Assembly (NCBI GenBank): GCA_963666055.2
Contig: CAXWPH010000015.1
Span: forward strand, 1,248,001-1,312,000
DNA length: 64,000 bases
Reading direction: 5' to 3'
Origin: Acidobacteriota bacterium
GTDB lineage: Bacteria > Acidobacteriota > UBA890 > WLXD01
A model generated the notes under the pieces. It did no database searches and had not been told where the DNA came from. It worked only from the letters and a program-made list of their open reading frames with translations. Every line of letters starts with the position of its first letter. The first letter of the stretch is position 1. The translations under genes were made by a program, and so were the position numbers. Shown here piece by piece: positions 40,478-51,224 of the stretch.

Positions 40478-42730
40478 CTATGGATCCGTCGGCACGAGCC
40501 GGTTCAGCTCGTCGAACCAGTTGAGCACGACCTGCAGCTCGGTTCCCTGGGGCACCGCGCCCTCGCTCATGACAAACTCTTGTCCGTCAGGAGTGATGTC
40601 GAAGAGATGTGATCTCGGTGCAATATGGACATTAAATCGGCCTCTTGTCTCAAACAGCCGGCGGGGCTTCCCAGGGGAGAAGCCCGAGTCATAGCTGACA
40701 TCAACGACCATCATCGCCCACACCCCACTGGTCATGTAGTAGATCGCACGCCCATCCCTGGACCACATGGGCCAACCCCCGATCACGGTCGAGATCTGTG
40801 TCCTTTCGCCCGGCCCTGGATAGGGCTGCACATAAGTGTGGAACTCGCCTGACTCATTCGAGTGGTAGACGATCCACTTCCCATCCGGCGAGAACATGGC
40901 GCCGCTCTCATGAGCCGCGGAGACGGCTAGATCCAGCGGCAGCCCTCCCTCTTGTAGAGGCAGGAGCCGGATGTTCTCTCCGGTCTCTGGATGGTTCTCT
41001 TGGTAAGCGAGGACCTCACCGTCAGCCGACCACGACTGCGGGTATATGGGGTATTCGGCCTCCAGGAGTTGTCGGGCAGTCCCGCTGCCATCAGAGGGCC
41101 GTATGACGATTCTCCAGCGATCACCGTCGTGGGAACTGTGCGCGATGGATCGCCCATTCGGCGACCAGACGGGAGCGACGTTGATCCCTGAGAACGGGCG
41201 TTCGGAAAACGTTCCACGTTCCATATAACCGATCCAAATCTGACGCTCTCGACTGTCTCCGTGCTCACAGGCAATGGCCAGTTCTCGGCCGTTGGGTGAG
41301 AGTCTCGGGCCCGCACAATGGAGACCACTCGGAAGCGGCAACGACCGGCTCACGCCATCATGACTCACGGCGACGGCAACGCCCAAGCCGGAGATAACGC
41401 CCAACGACTTCACCAAGGGTTCGTAGTAGATGAAGGTGCCCATATCCGAAACATCGTAGTCCCACACCTCGTCGATGAGCCGGACCTCTTGTCCATAGGC
41501 TTCAAGGCTAGAGAGGTCGAAGGGCCGCGCCCAAAGGGCCAAATTATGATAGCTCTTCCAATAGACGAGATGTCCGGTCGGCACGTATCGGGCGCCATAG
41601 GCTGATTCCAACACAGTCTTTTGTTCGCCTGTCTCGAGCGAGACCACAGCCGCGCCCAGGACGACACCGGTCTCAGGCCGAAAAACGCTAAAGAGCACCG
41701 TCTTGCCGTCAGGCAGTATCGACGCCCGGCGATGGTCACCGCCTTTGCTCGTGTCTATGGTGGTCAGCCTTCTCGGGCTTCCCCCTTCAGCAGACACGAT
41801 GTGAAGACCCGACGAGTCGCCGTAGACAATGCCGCGTGCTCCCCACGCCTGCACACTAGCCTCGAAAGTAACGAAGATCCCAAGCGAGACTGGAGTGCTC
41901 CCATCCAGTGCGACCTTCTTGAGTTGGGTCCCCTTCGCAAATGCCACCCAGTTGCCGTCGGGAGAAAACGCAAAACGACGACCCGGGACCCCAGGTATCG
42001 GACTGAATTCGCGCTGATCCAAGGTCCTGATAACAAGCTGCGGTCTGAGTCCTCCTGAGCGGTACGCCACTCGCGTACCATCGCGCGAGATGTTGGGCCA
42101 GTCGGAGTAGGGCAAGTCCGACGGGAGGGACATCGTCAGGTGAACGGTTGATTGCGCAATCCGATCGTTGCTCGATTGGCGCCACAGGGCAGTGGTGACA
42201 GCGGCGACAGCGGCCAGCAGGACGACAAGGGTCCATGCGATCGGGAGCTGGTGGTGCCGAGCGATGGCCACGACCTGAGCGATGACTCCGGAGATCTGCG
42301 AGGCAAGCTGTGGAACTGCGCTGTCCACGGCCGTCTCCGGCTGGACCGTTGATATCGGAGCAATAAATCGGTACCCACGCCGGTGCACAGTCTGGATGTA
42401 CGTAGGCCGATGCGGATCGTCTCCGAGCTCCTGCCGGAGAATCTTGATCGCCTCGCTGAGGGAGGTTTCGGCCACGACGGTATCGGGCCAAACCGCATCG
42501 ATTAGCTCCTGTTTGCCGACCACCTCCTCCGGTTGCTGAAGCAGGTACTCCAGGAGCGCGAGAACGCGGGGCGGGAGTGAAGTTGCCCGCCCGTTCATGT
42601 ACAAGAGGCGATTGTCTGGCTCAAAGCGGTAGCACCCGAAGGCCAGGGCCCCTGAAGACTTACGGACGCGCCCCGCCCCTGATCCGCCGGGGCGATCTCG
42701 ACTTGACGCGTTGGCCGGCCGGTCCTTCAT
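40478..42730 (-). CDS. CadC/OmpR-type winged-helix regulator with TM helix and TolB-like (PD40) beta-propeller
   Basis: LIDAVWPDTVV...LRQELGDD...YIQTVHRRGYRF; TM segment; SPDG repeats; VLNWFDELNRLVP. Confidence 0.9.
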   Translation of the reverse strand: MKDRPANASSRDRPGGSGAGRVRKSSGALAFGCYRFEPDNRLLYMNGRATSLPPRVLALLEYLLQQPEEVVGKQELIDAVWPDTVVAETSLSEAIKILRQELGDDPHRPTYIQTVHRRGYRFIAPISTVQPETAVDSAVPQLASQISGVIAQVVAIARHHQLPIAWTLVVLLAAVAAVTTALWRQSSNDRIAQSTVHLTMSLPSDLPYSDWPNISRDGTRVAYRSGGLRPQLVIRTLDQREFSPIPGVPGRRFAFSPDGNWVAFAKGTQLKKVALDGSTPVSLGIFVTFEASVQAWGARGIVYGDSSGLHIVSAEGGSPRRLTTIDTSKGGDHRRASILPDGKTVLFSVFRPETGVVLGAAVVSLETGEQKTVLESAYGARYVPTGHLVYWKSYHNLALWARPFDLSSLEAYGQEVRLIDEVWDYDVSDMGTFIYYEPLVKSLGVISGLGVAVAVSHDGVSRSLPLPSGLHCAGPRLSPNGRELAIACEHGDSRERQIWIGYMERGTFSERPFSGINVAPVWSPNGRSIAHSSHDGDRWRIVIRPSDGSGTARQLLEAEYPIYPQSWSADGEVLAYQENHPETGENIRLLPLQEGGLPLDLAVSAAHESGAMFSPDGKWIVYHSNESGEFHTYVQPYPGPGERTQISTVIGGWPMWSRDGRAIYYMTSGVWAMMVVDVSYDSGFSPGKPRRLFETRGRFNVHIAPRSHLFDITPDGQEFVMSEGAVPQGTELQVVLNWFDELNRLVPTDP

Positions 42731-42765
42731 CGGACTAGCGCAGGGGCGGGCTCCTGAACCCCGTT

Positions 42766-42820
42766 CTCAAAACTTGCTCACAGAAGTCTCACGGATCCCT
42801 CAAGGATTGCTCAAGACTTC
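42766..42820. promoter_or_regulatory. Five CTCA boxes at exact 11-bp spacing (winged-helix binding site candidate)
   Basis: CTCA at 42766, 42777, 42788, 42799 and 42810. Confidence 0.7.
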
Positions 42821-42993
42821 GGGCTTCAGAAGCGGCACCCTGCCGATAGGAAGTGGTCGGCGATCCAAGCATCGCCGGACAGGAAAACTTATCAGCCGTA
42901 TGCCTCCTGGCTCAAGGGGCCGGTAGGCGTGTGCTGCGGCGGAATATGAGGAAGTATGTCATGCAACGTTTAACTGACTGGAGGCGACCCATC

Positions 42994-43830
42994 ATGAGGC
43001 CGAGCGACTCTGCCCGTGCCACGCTGTTGCCGCTTCTGGTGGGACTGGTGGTGGCCACCGTACTGCTGGCGGGCGGGTTCGCGGCCAAGACCAACGAAGC
43101 CTATGCCAGCGAGGCGTACTCAGGGCAGGAGAAGGGCAACAAGAAGTGCAATGACGGGATTGACAACGACGGCGACGGGTTGATCGACGGCGATGACCCA
43201 GATTGTCAGGGCGATGGCGGCGGCGGCCAAGGCGGCGGCGGCAAGAAACAGAACGTGCCCGTGACGGTCACATTCCGGGATGCCGGCCTCGATGGAATAC
43301 AGAGCGACGGACTAGGTGCCTACGCGGGCGTTTTCACGAAGCGCTTCGGGCGCTTGATTTTTCCCGACAATCCGAGCCGCACGCTGCAGATGTCTTTCGG
43401 TCAACTTGTGGGCTCTTGCGAACTGCCTCAAGAGCCGGAGTTTCTGTGGTCCTCCGGCTTTCCTGACGCCGAGGATGATGCTGACGTGGTGGTGAACCGT
43501 GTTGTCGAGAACAACGACGGAACGGAGACCGATCCCGACTCCGACTTTCTGGGCATGGTGGTCGGAACGATGGCGCCTGCAAGGGTGAAGATCAATTTCG
43601 ACGATCCGGATGGGCGCACGCTGCTGTGGACGGTGCGCTACAAGACCATCGATTTTCCGTGCTCCACCAACGTCTACGTTTCGCGGCTCTCGGACACGAC
43701 ATGGAGCGTCGAAACAATAGCCGGCTCACGCGATCGGGCTACGTTGGTGATGGAAAACGAGGTCGAGCAGGGAACCTACTACCTGCCTTTCCGGATGGTT
43801 GTTTCGTGTGTCAATCCCGACTGCTCCTGA
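42994..43830 (+). CDS. Secreted hypothetical protein with a C-x-DG-x-DND-x-DG-x-x-D-x-x-DPDC metal/Ca-binding motif
   Basis: Signal peptide; CNDGIDNDGDGLIDGDDPDC; Gly linker; GGAGG RBS. Confidence 0.8.
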   Translation: MRPSDSARATLLPLLVGLVVATVLLAGGFAAKTNEAYASEAYSGQEKGNKKCNDGIDNDGDGLIDGDDPDCQGDGGGGQGGGGKKQNVPVTVTFRDAGLDGIQSDGLGAYAGVFTKRFGRLIFPDNPSRTLQMSFGQLVGSCELPQEPEFLWSSGFPDAEDDADVVVNRVVENNDGTETDPDSDFLGMVVGTMAPARVKINFDDPDGRTLLWTVRYKTIDFPCSTNVYVSRLSDTTWSVETIAGSRDRATLVMENEVEQGTYYLPFRMVVSCVNPDCS

Positions 43831-43885
43831 GCGGCGCGTGACCGCAGCCGTGTCCTGGCTGGGTGCTTCTAGGTTGAAGAGGAGC

Positions 43886-45349
43886 ATGAAGCGTGCACCC
43901 CGTCCCTTCATTCTGGGCCTGAGCGCCCTCGTCTTGGGAGCTCTTTCTACCGGCGTCTCCTCCGTCGTCGACCCACCCTCGGAAGGCACGCTCACCTCCA
44001 GCGACGGGGCCCCAGAGGATCTGTTCGGCTTTTCTGTGGCAATCGATGGCGATACCGCCATCGTTGGAGCACCGAGAAACGGTGCCGGTGGATCGGCCTA
44101 TGTCTTCGTGTGGGACGGAGAAAAGTGGATCGAGCAGGCCAAACTTACTCCCCGTGACCACGCCGCGGGCCAGAGGCTCGGTTGGGGGGTGGGGATCGAC
44201 GGAGACAGGGCTGTCGTCAGCGCAATTAGCGACTCTCATGCAGGTGTCGACTCGGGATCGGCCTATGTCTTTCGACGGCGCGGGACAAATTGGGTGCAGG
44301 AGGCCAAGCTGATCGCCGACGATGCTGGACTCACGGACCGCTTCGGCTGGTCCCTTGCCATCGAGGACGACATCGTGGTGGTGGGAGCGACGCAGTTCCG
44401 TAAACCGGGCCCCGGCGCGGTATTCATCTTTCAACGCAGCGGAACAAGCTGGCGACAACTGGCGAAGCTTCGCCCGGGCGATGCGGCGACAGGTGATCAG
44501 TTCGGTTATGGAGTGGCCATCGATGGCAACGTAGTGATCGGCGTGGCACGCGACAAGGACAATTTTCGCGGGGCGGCCTACGTCTTTCGACGGCGCGGGA
44601 ACAATTGGGTGCAGGAGGCCAAGCTCGATGCCGATGAGGGAGACGGGTTCGGTGGGGAGGTATCTGTCCGGGGCGATACTGCTGTCCTCAGCGCATACGG
44701 CGCCTATGTCTTTGAGCGCCGCGCGTCAGGCAGGGAAGGCGGGGTGCCCTCGGCCGACGACTGGACACAGGTGGCCAAGCTGACCGGCAGTGACATTCTC
44801 GAAGAGGATGTCTGGTTTGACACAGTTGCGATCGAGGGGGAAACCATTCTGGTCGGAGTGTCGCGCGACGATGACTGGGGAGGCTTGTCCGGCTCCGCGT
44901 ACCTATTCGAGCCCATTCAGGGAGTCTGGTCTGAAACCGGCAAGATCACGTCCGCTGACACATCGTTTCGCAGCCAGTTCGGCTGGTCTATCGCCTTCCA
45001 CGAAACCACCATCCTGATCGGAGCCAAGGAAGAGAACATCGGAAAACCGGGGACGGCCTACACGTTTGGGCTCACTCCAGAGCAGAGGATCGTATTTCTA
45101 GAGGTCCGTGTGAGCAATCTCGTCCGCGACGGTACGTTGTCTGCGAAGGCGGGAAAAGGACTGCTCGCGAGGCTGAAGCGAGCGAAGAGATTGTTGGGCA
45201 AGGGCAAGGTCGAACGCGCCAAGAAGCAGTTGGAGAAGTTCACCAAGAAGGTGCCCAGCTTTGTCCGCCGCGGGGTGCTCTCACCGGCACTGGGTCAGGC
45301 GCTGATCGACTCGGCGGACATCACGATCGCCGAGCTCGACAAGAACTAA
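43886..45349 (+). CDS. Secreted FG-GAP repeat beta-propeller protein with C-terminal helical (FIMAH-like) domain
   Basis: Repeated FGxSVAIDGD...GA...GSAYVF...W.QEAKL. Confidence 0.88.
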   Translation: MKRAPRPFILGLSALVLGALSTGVSSVVDPPSEGTLTSSDGAPEDLFGFSVAIDGDTAIVGAPRNGAGGSAYVFVWDGEKWIEQAKLTPRDHAAGQRLGWGVGIDGDRAVVSAISDSHAGVDSGSAYVFRRRGTNWVQEAKLIADDAGLTDRFGWSLAIEDDIVVVGATQFRKPGPGAVFIFQRSGTSWRQLAKLRPGDAATGDQFGYGVAIDGNVVIGVARDKDNFRGAAYVFRRRGNNWVQEAKLDADEGDGFGGEVSVRGDTAVLSAYGAYVFERRASGREGGVPSADDWTQVAKLTGSDILEEDVWFDTVAIEGETILVGVSRDDDWGGLSGSAYLFEPIQGVWSETGKITSADTSFRSQFGWSIAFHETTILIGAKEENIGKPGTAYTFGLTPEQRIVFLEVRVSNLVRDGTLSAKAGKGLLARLKRAKRLLGKGKVERAKKQLEKFTKKVPSFVRRGVLSPALGQALIDSADITIAELDKN

Positions 45350-45520
45350 GGAGTCCGGAAAGGTGCTCTTACGCCGCCTGAGCCGGGCTGTGGTCTTTCG
45401 CTGGTCGGTGGCAGCGAACGGGCGGCGGTCGTACAGATCGCCCCGGATGAGAGCCGGTTCGAGCGCAGGCTGGCCAATGCTTCCCTGAGAAGGTCGATCC
45501 GAACGAGCAAGAACATCAAG

Positions 45521-46444
45521 GTGCTCGGCAACCTGCGGATATCGAGGAAGTTCAATCGCGCCGATGTCTGGGGGACACGGCGGTTCGCCATTGTCGCAAA
45601 GGGCAGTTACGGCTGGGGAGTCGTCGATACCCGAAGACCCCGCAACCCGAAGGAGATTGCCAAGTTAGGGCTGCTGGCCGTGAATGACGTGAAGGTGGAC
45701 GGCTCCCTCGCGGTGGTCACGAACGAAGCGGGGTTCGTCGGCGCCGGAGCGATCTTGTACGACCTTACCGATCCTTTCCGCCCATCGGAGCTGTCCCGCA
45801 TCACCCACGAGAGTGCCTTGAGCGTACACAACGCCTACCTCGACGATGGCGTTCTGTATCTCTCTTCCTACACCACCGGCAATGTGGAGATCTTTGACGT
45901 TAGCGATCCCAGCGCGCCGCGACACCTCGCCTCGGTGTCAATGGCCGCCGGCGACGTGGGGGCGGTGCAACTCGGTAGCAGCGGAACCGGAGAGACCCAC
46001 AGCGCCTTCAAAGGGGTGGGAACCGCCACTGAGGTCGGGCCGAACCGCGTGCACTGGTCCGGAACTTATTGGGGACACAGTTTCAACAACGAGGGTGATG
46101 GGTTGCTCCACAACACGGTCTGGAACTGTCCAGCCGCATCAGACATATCAGACGGCGTGGTGGACTTCAAAGGGTACTGCACTGTTACAGATCCTGATGG
46201 CGACAAGATCTACGGGAGTTGGAGTGGCGGTGGTCCTGTGACGGGCGAGATCACCGGCATCCTCGAATGGACCGGTGGCACGGGCAAGTATTCCGATATT
46301 CAAGGTGGCTTTGATTTCCAGTGCCGGGCCGTCGGTAACGACGACCAGCTGCAGGGCATGCGCGTCGCGGCTACTTGCCTACCGTCTAGTCCGTCGCAGC
46401 CTATCGCAGGCCCGCAGTTTAGCAAGAAGTCGGCGCGTCTCTAG
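45521..46444 (+). pseudogene. Chimeric ORF: LVIVD-repeat fragment joined to a fragment of a small beta-barrel hypothetical protein
   Basis: ILYDLTDPFRP, VHN, VEIFDVSDPSAP; then CTVTDPDGDKIY, TGGTGKY. Confidence 0.55.
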
Positions 46445-46692
46445 AAAAGCCGATGGCGATAGTACCGACGTCAGTTCACAGGCGCGAAACCGATTCTCAA
46501 CGCCTCGGATAGCCTGGAGGACACATCATCCGGCCCAGCTCGCCGCTCGCGCGACCGCGGCATCTCCATTGTGTGGACCGACGTATAGCGTGTGGTTTTG
46601 CGCCCCCTGGACCTTCGCATGGCTTGACGATCTGTGCGTTAGATCATCACCTGTCTCAGAAGAAGCCGCTATTGGGATTCTCCAAGCGTCTC

Positions 46693-48921
46693 CTAGTCGT
46701 CTATCCCGAAGGCCAGTAGCACATTGCCCGGTGTATTGCCGAAAAGCCCGTACCCGGATCCCAGGTACATCATCCCATCGACGATCGTTGGGGAGGTGGC
46801 ACCAATTGCGCCGCCGAAGGCCGGCACTTCGTTAACGGCTTCGTAGGTTCGTTTCGTCGTGTATTCCCAGAGAATCTCGCCGTCCGCCTTTGAATATGCA
46901 TGGAGTGTCCCTTGGGACGAGCCGGTGATTACCGCGCCGGGCACTGCGGTTGCCGCCGCCGTATAACCCGAGGAGCAAGCGTTCCAACCCGACAGGTTGC
47001 AGTCCTCCAGCCCCGGCAGTTCCCTGTACCAGACGCGCTCGCCCGTCGTCACCCGCAACGCCGCAACGGCCCCGCTCGCGTCCCGGTAGTTCAGTGGACG
47101 ATAGAAGAGCTCGCCGTCTGACGCCCCGCCCCAACCCGCGCCGTTAGGAGCAAGCCGGTCGCCGGCCTGGGCCACCCAGAGAACTGCCCCGTCGTTGTCA
47201 GGATCCAAAGCCGTGATGCGGCCGCTCTCCTGTACGCCCAGCAGCACTCTGCGACCGTTCGGCAGGTCGAGCAGAATCGCCTGGTTGACGTCGTCGCCCG
47301 GGCCCTGAATGTAGCCAGGGCAATTGACCAGACGCTCGGGACCTCGCCCGCAGCCACCTTCGTCTCGATCCGAGGACGCCGGAAGGAGGTTGGTCATCCA
47401 CAACCGTCGGCCGGTATCCATGTCGATGGCCAGTATCGAGCCGCAGGCGCCGCCGTCGAAGGACACGTTGCCGACACCGAAGTGCTCAGTGATGTTGCAG
47501 TTGCCGGTGGGCGCATAGATGGCGCGCCGTTTTTCGTCGATCGTGAGCGAGCTCCAGATGCCGGCGCCGGCTGGTCCGAACAGCGGCGTGCCGGCCGAGT
47601 TCGTCTTGTTGAGTGGCCGAGGCCGTTCTGGAAAAGAGTACGTTTGCCAGACCTTCTCCCCGGTCTTCACGTCGACGGCCACGACGCTACCCTGGAACGT
47701 GCAGCACTCGTACTCGACATAGGAACCAGGCTGCTCTTCCCACGACGCGACCGGCACATACAGGCGCTCGCCTGAGGAATCGAGCCTGACTGCGGATGTG
47801 ATCTTCGCCTGTGGATGATCGTCGGCGCGCAGGGTCCACATCTCTTGCCCCGTCTCGGCGTTGACGCCGTACACGACCCCGCTCATGTCGCCGAAATACG
47901 CGCCATAGCGGACCCCCGGTACATCATCGACCGGGCCGACCTTGACGGCGCCCCGGACCGCCGTCTGCGCGCGGTACGACCAGTGAACGCAGCCCGTCTT
48001 GGCGTCGAGCGCATACACGAAGAAGTTATCGCTCGTCAGGAACAGTGCACCGCCCACCACGCTGGGTTGCGACCAGTTGGCGACCGAGGCATCCGGGATG
48101 GCGAAAACCCACTTCAGCTTCAGCCGCGGGAGGTCCTCCGCGGTGATGCCGCCGACCGCCTCCGACGCGAACCGATGCACACCGAGCTCGGGATCCCAAC
48201 CGTTCCAACTCGGCTGGTTCTCCCAGTTGTCCAGGTTTATGGACTCTGCACACTGGTTCGGCATGGCCGCCGCCTCGCGGTGGGCAACGCCGCCGAACGG
48301 CTTGCCAGTCACGAGCTCGATGACGGCACGCTTGTACTCTTCGTTGCCGAAGATCCGGAAGCGATCACTCTCGTCATGTGCCGCGATCGGCCGGTTCAAC
48401 ACTGCCAGGAGCTCGTCGGCTTCCATCTGCTGAATATCGAACCGTGAGGGCATGTTGGCGGCAGCGGTCCCGCCCGAAACGGGGCGACCGACAGGTGAAT
48501 TGTCGTGGCAGACCGCACACCCGTTTTCGAACACACCGACCATCCTTGCAGGATAGACGGTGCGGTCGACCGAGCCACCGAGAGGCTTGCCGGTCACCAG
48601 TTCTGCCATTGCCCGTAGCTCGTCGTCCCGGAACTCGGATGTGAACTCCACCATGGGCCCTTCCATCAGGGCAATGAGCACCTGCTCTGGCTCCATCTGT
48701 CGAAGCGCCTCCCGAGTGGGTGCCAGGATCTCGTCGCTCTGATTGTCATGACAGTCGGCACAGATCGCTTCATACGTCGCCACCATGCTGGCGGCAGAGG
48801 CCATGGCCTTCGGGCCCGGCACATCTTGAGCCTGGACGGGCGAAGTAAGGAGCTGCGTCGTCAATGCGCACACAGCCACGATCACCGTCACCGCGCTCAT
48901 GGTTAGTACTCGTCTCAGCAT
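46693..48921 (-). CDS. Quinohemoprotein PQQ dehydrogenase (polyvinyl alcohol dehydrogenase-like) with two c-heme motifs
   Basis: CADCH and CAVCH; LKLKWVF, GCVHWSY, ECCTFQGSV, GPAGAGIWS, YLGSGY, GNVLLAF. Confidence 0.88.
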   Translation of the reverse strand: MLRRVLTMSAVTVIVAVCALTTQLLTSPVQAQDVPGPKAMASAASMVATYEAICADCHDNQSDEILAPTREALRQMEPEQVLIALMEGPMVEFTSEFRDDELRAMAELVTGKPLGGSVDRTVYPARMVGVFENGCAVCHDNSPVGRPVSGGTAAANMPSRFDIQQMEADELLAVLNRPIAAHDESDRFRIFGNEEYKRAVIELVTGKPFGGVAHREAAAMPNQCAESINLDNWENQPSWNGWDPELGVHRFASEAVGGITAEDLPRLKLKWVFAIPDASVANWSQPSVVGGALFLTSDNFFVYALDAKTGCVHWSYRAQTAVRGAVKVGPVDDVPGVRYGAYFGDMSGVVYGVNAETGQEMWTLRADDHPQAKITSAVRLDSSGERLYVPVASWEEQPGSYVEYECCTFQGSVVAVDVKTGEKVWQTYSFPERPRPLNKTNSAGTPLFGPAGAGIWSSLTIDEKRRAIYAPTGNCNITEHFGVGNVSFDGGACGSILAIDMDTGRRLWMTNLLPASSDRDEGGCGRGPERLVNCPGYIQGPGDDVNQAILLDLPNGRRVLLGVQESGRITALDPDNDGAVLWVAQAGDRLAPNGAGWGGASDGELFYRPLNYRDASGAVAALRVTTGERVWYRELPGLEDCNLSGWNACSSGYTAAATAVPGAVITGSSQGTLHAYSKADGEILWEYTTKRTYEAVNEVPAFGGAIGATSPTIVDGMMYLGSGYGLFGNTPGNVLLAFGIDD

Positions 48922-48962
48922 TGGATTCCTCCAGTCCAGACATTCTCGGTTTTGAAGAACAT

Positions 48963-49042
48963 TGACCTGCCCCAAGTGTTGAGGCTACTTCGTAACTCAT
49001 AGAATCGGTGCTGGCAACGTCGCTTCCGGTGCAGGCGGCCGA
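48963..49042 (-). mobile_element. IS3-family right-end remnant with transposase C-terminal tail
   Basis: Terminal TGACCTGCCCC; minus strand reads RPPAPEATLPAPIL*, resembling IS3 OrfB ends. Confidence 0.7.
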
Positions 49043-49405
49043 GAACGCGACCGACTACTCACTCCACAACACGCTACGCCAACTACTCTTCCTACCCACG
49101 ACCCGCGAACAAAAGTACAAGTCCAAGTAGGTGACCGGCTCGTTCAGCCAGAGGGCCAGCGATGTACTGAGCGCTGGGATCGTGTTCGTCGGGACGACGC
49201 TGGGGCTGACACAGGCGCAGAATCCGTTCTCCGCGCCTGGTTCCACTGAGTGAAAGCCAGGAGCGACCGGAGATGTTGGCCTGTTGCGGGCTAACATGGC
49301 GTTGGCCGGGAGACAAATGGCGTAGGGGAATGCCTCGGCGTCGAGGAACAACAACGTCGCGTGGCTCGCCGCAGGCCAAGATTCTCGCGACGGACGAGGT
49401 AGCAG

Positions 49406-50128
49406 ATGAAGGTACACGGTACGACGAGCCTGTACGGTCATACGATCGGTATTCTCGTCATCGAGGGCCATTTTCCTCGTTTGCCGGGAGCGCTCGGAAA
49501 CGCAACAACCTTCCCATTCCCGGTCTTGCACTACGTTGTGCCTGGTGCGACCGGCGAGCGTGTCGTCCGCGAGACAGACGACGTAATCGGTCCCTGGATC
49601 GATGGAGCGCGGAGCCTCGAGGAAGCTGGAGTCCGCGCGATTACCACCAGCTGTGGATTCACGGCTGTGTTCCAGGACCAGCTGGCCGAGGCGGTTGATG
49701 TTCCAGTCTTCGCTTCGAGCCTCCTACTCGTGCCTCTTATCGCCCGTATGCTGAAGTCCGGTCACCGGGTCGGCATCATGACGGCTGACGCGCGACATCT
49801 CACGTCGAGGCACCTTCAAAGTGCTGGAGTTGATCCCGACAGCGTCGTTGTAGCGGGGCTAGAGGGATGTCCTCACTTCGAAGAGGTTGTCTTCCGCGAT
49901 CAGCACGACCTGAATGTCGCTCGCATGGAGTCAGAGGTCGTGTCTGTCGCGAGTGGGCTCGTTGCGCATCATCCGGAGATCCGCGCGTTGCTACTGGAGT
50001 GCAGTCTGCTGCCGCCATTCGCGCACAGCATCCAGGACGCCTCCCAGCTTCCCGTTTTTGATTTCACGACGTTGGTCAACATGGTGCACGCGAGCCTGAT
50101 CCGGAAGCCCTTCGAAGGGATCGTGTAA
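49406..50128 (+). CDS. Asp/Glu/hydantoin racemase-family protein
   Basis: GNATTFPFPV, AITTSCGF, SSLL, LLECS catalytic cysteines. Confidence 0.85.
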   Translation: MKVHGTTSLYGHTIGILVIEGHFPRLPGALGNATTFPFPVLHYVVPGATGERVVRETDDVIGPWIDGARSLEEAGVRAITTSCGFTAVFQDQLAEAVDVPVFASSLLLVPLIARMLKSGHRVGIMTADARHLTSRHLQSAGVDPDSVVVAGLEGCPHFEEVVFRDQHDLNVARMESEVVSVASGLVAHHPEIRALLLECSLLPPFAHSIQDASQLPVFDFTTLVNMVHASLIRKPFEGIV

Positions 50129-50281
50129 TGGGCGATTGTTGGCGGGAGGCGCCCTAGCGGCTCGTATCCCGGGGGTATTCACGATGACCCAAAACGCGTT
50201 TCCTCTCTCGTCGAACAGTCCGGACGGCGCGAAAGACGATCGGCCGTGAGCAGCGCCGATACAAGAACCGGGAGCCGAGCC

Positions 50282-51205
50282 ATGCGTTGTCGTTTCAGCA
50301 GATTTGTGATCGTGGCGTCGAGCCTCGTGGCCGTGTCGGCCGCCGGGTTTGCCGGTGGCCATCCCCAGAGTGAAGGACCACGCGCCGTCGAGCCTCGGGC
50401 GGCAGCCGTCCAGTCATCAACTCGATCGGCGTTTCACAGCGAAGATGTGTACGCGCTCAGGGCGGTCGGACAGGTCGATGTTTCATCTGACGGCACCCGA
50501 CTGGCGTACAGCGTCCGGCACACCGACCGACCGGGGTACCCGTACACCCGGACATGGATCCTGGAGATCGCGACCCAGCGGTTGATCCGGCTCGGGTCCG
50601 ACGAGGAGAGTGTCTCGAATCCTCGCTGGTCGCCGGACAGTCAGCGAATCGCGTACGTCAGTCGGACGGCCGAAGGCTCGGGGGTGGCAGTCGCCGCCCG
50701 CGATGGGAGCGGCGGAACCGTGCTCGCGCCCGTCGTCGGGACCAACCACCACTTCGGTTACGCGCCGGTGGTCGGCGAGCCGCTGGCCTGGTCTCCGAAC
50801 GGCAATCAGATCGCCTTCGTGTCCGCGACGCCGGGTCCTGAAACGGAGGCGGCGAGCGGGGATCCGATGGTCATCACCCGCTATCTCTACAAGCCGGCCG
50901 GCTGGGAAGGGTCGACACGGTTTAACGACAACCGCCGCCTTCACCTCTTCATCGTGGATGTGGCGACGAAGCAGGTGCGGCAGCTGACCACGGGCGAGTA
51001 CTACGAGCATTCTATGGAGTGGTCGCCGCGCGGTGACGAACTCGTCTTTCTCTCCAACCGCGAACCCGACCCCGACCGCGTGTTCAACTACGACATCTTC
51101 ACGGTGAAGGTGAGCGATGGTGGCGCTCGCAGACTGACCGAGACGAATAACGCCGAGTTTCGTCCAGTCTGGTCTCCCGACGGCGAGACTATCGCCTATC
51201 TCGGA
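50282..51205 (+). pseudogene. S9 (dipeptidyl/acylaminoacyl) peptidase N-terminal propeller; catalytic domain lost
   Basis: Signal peptide; PRWSPD, WSPNG, HLFIVD..VRQLT.G, WSPDGETIAY; ends abruptly. Confidence 0.7.
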
Positions 51206-51224
51206 CTCTCAGGGCCGGGCATCG

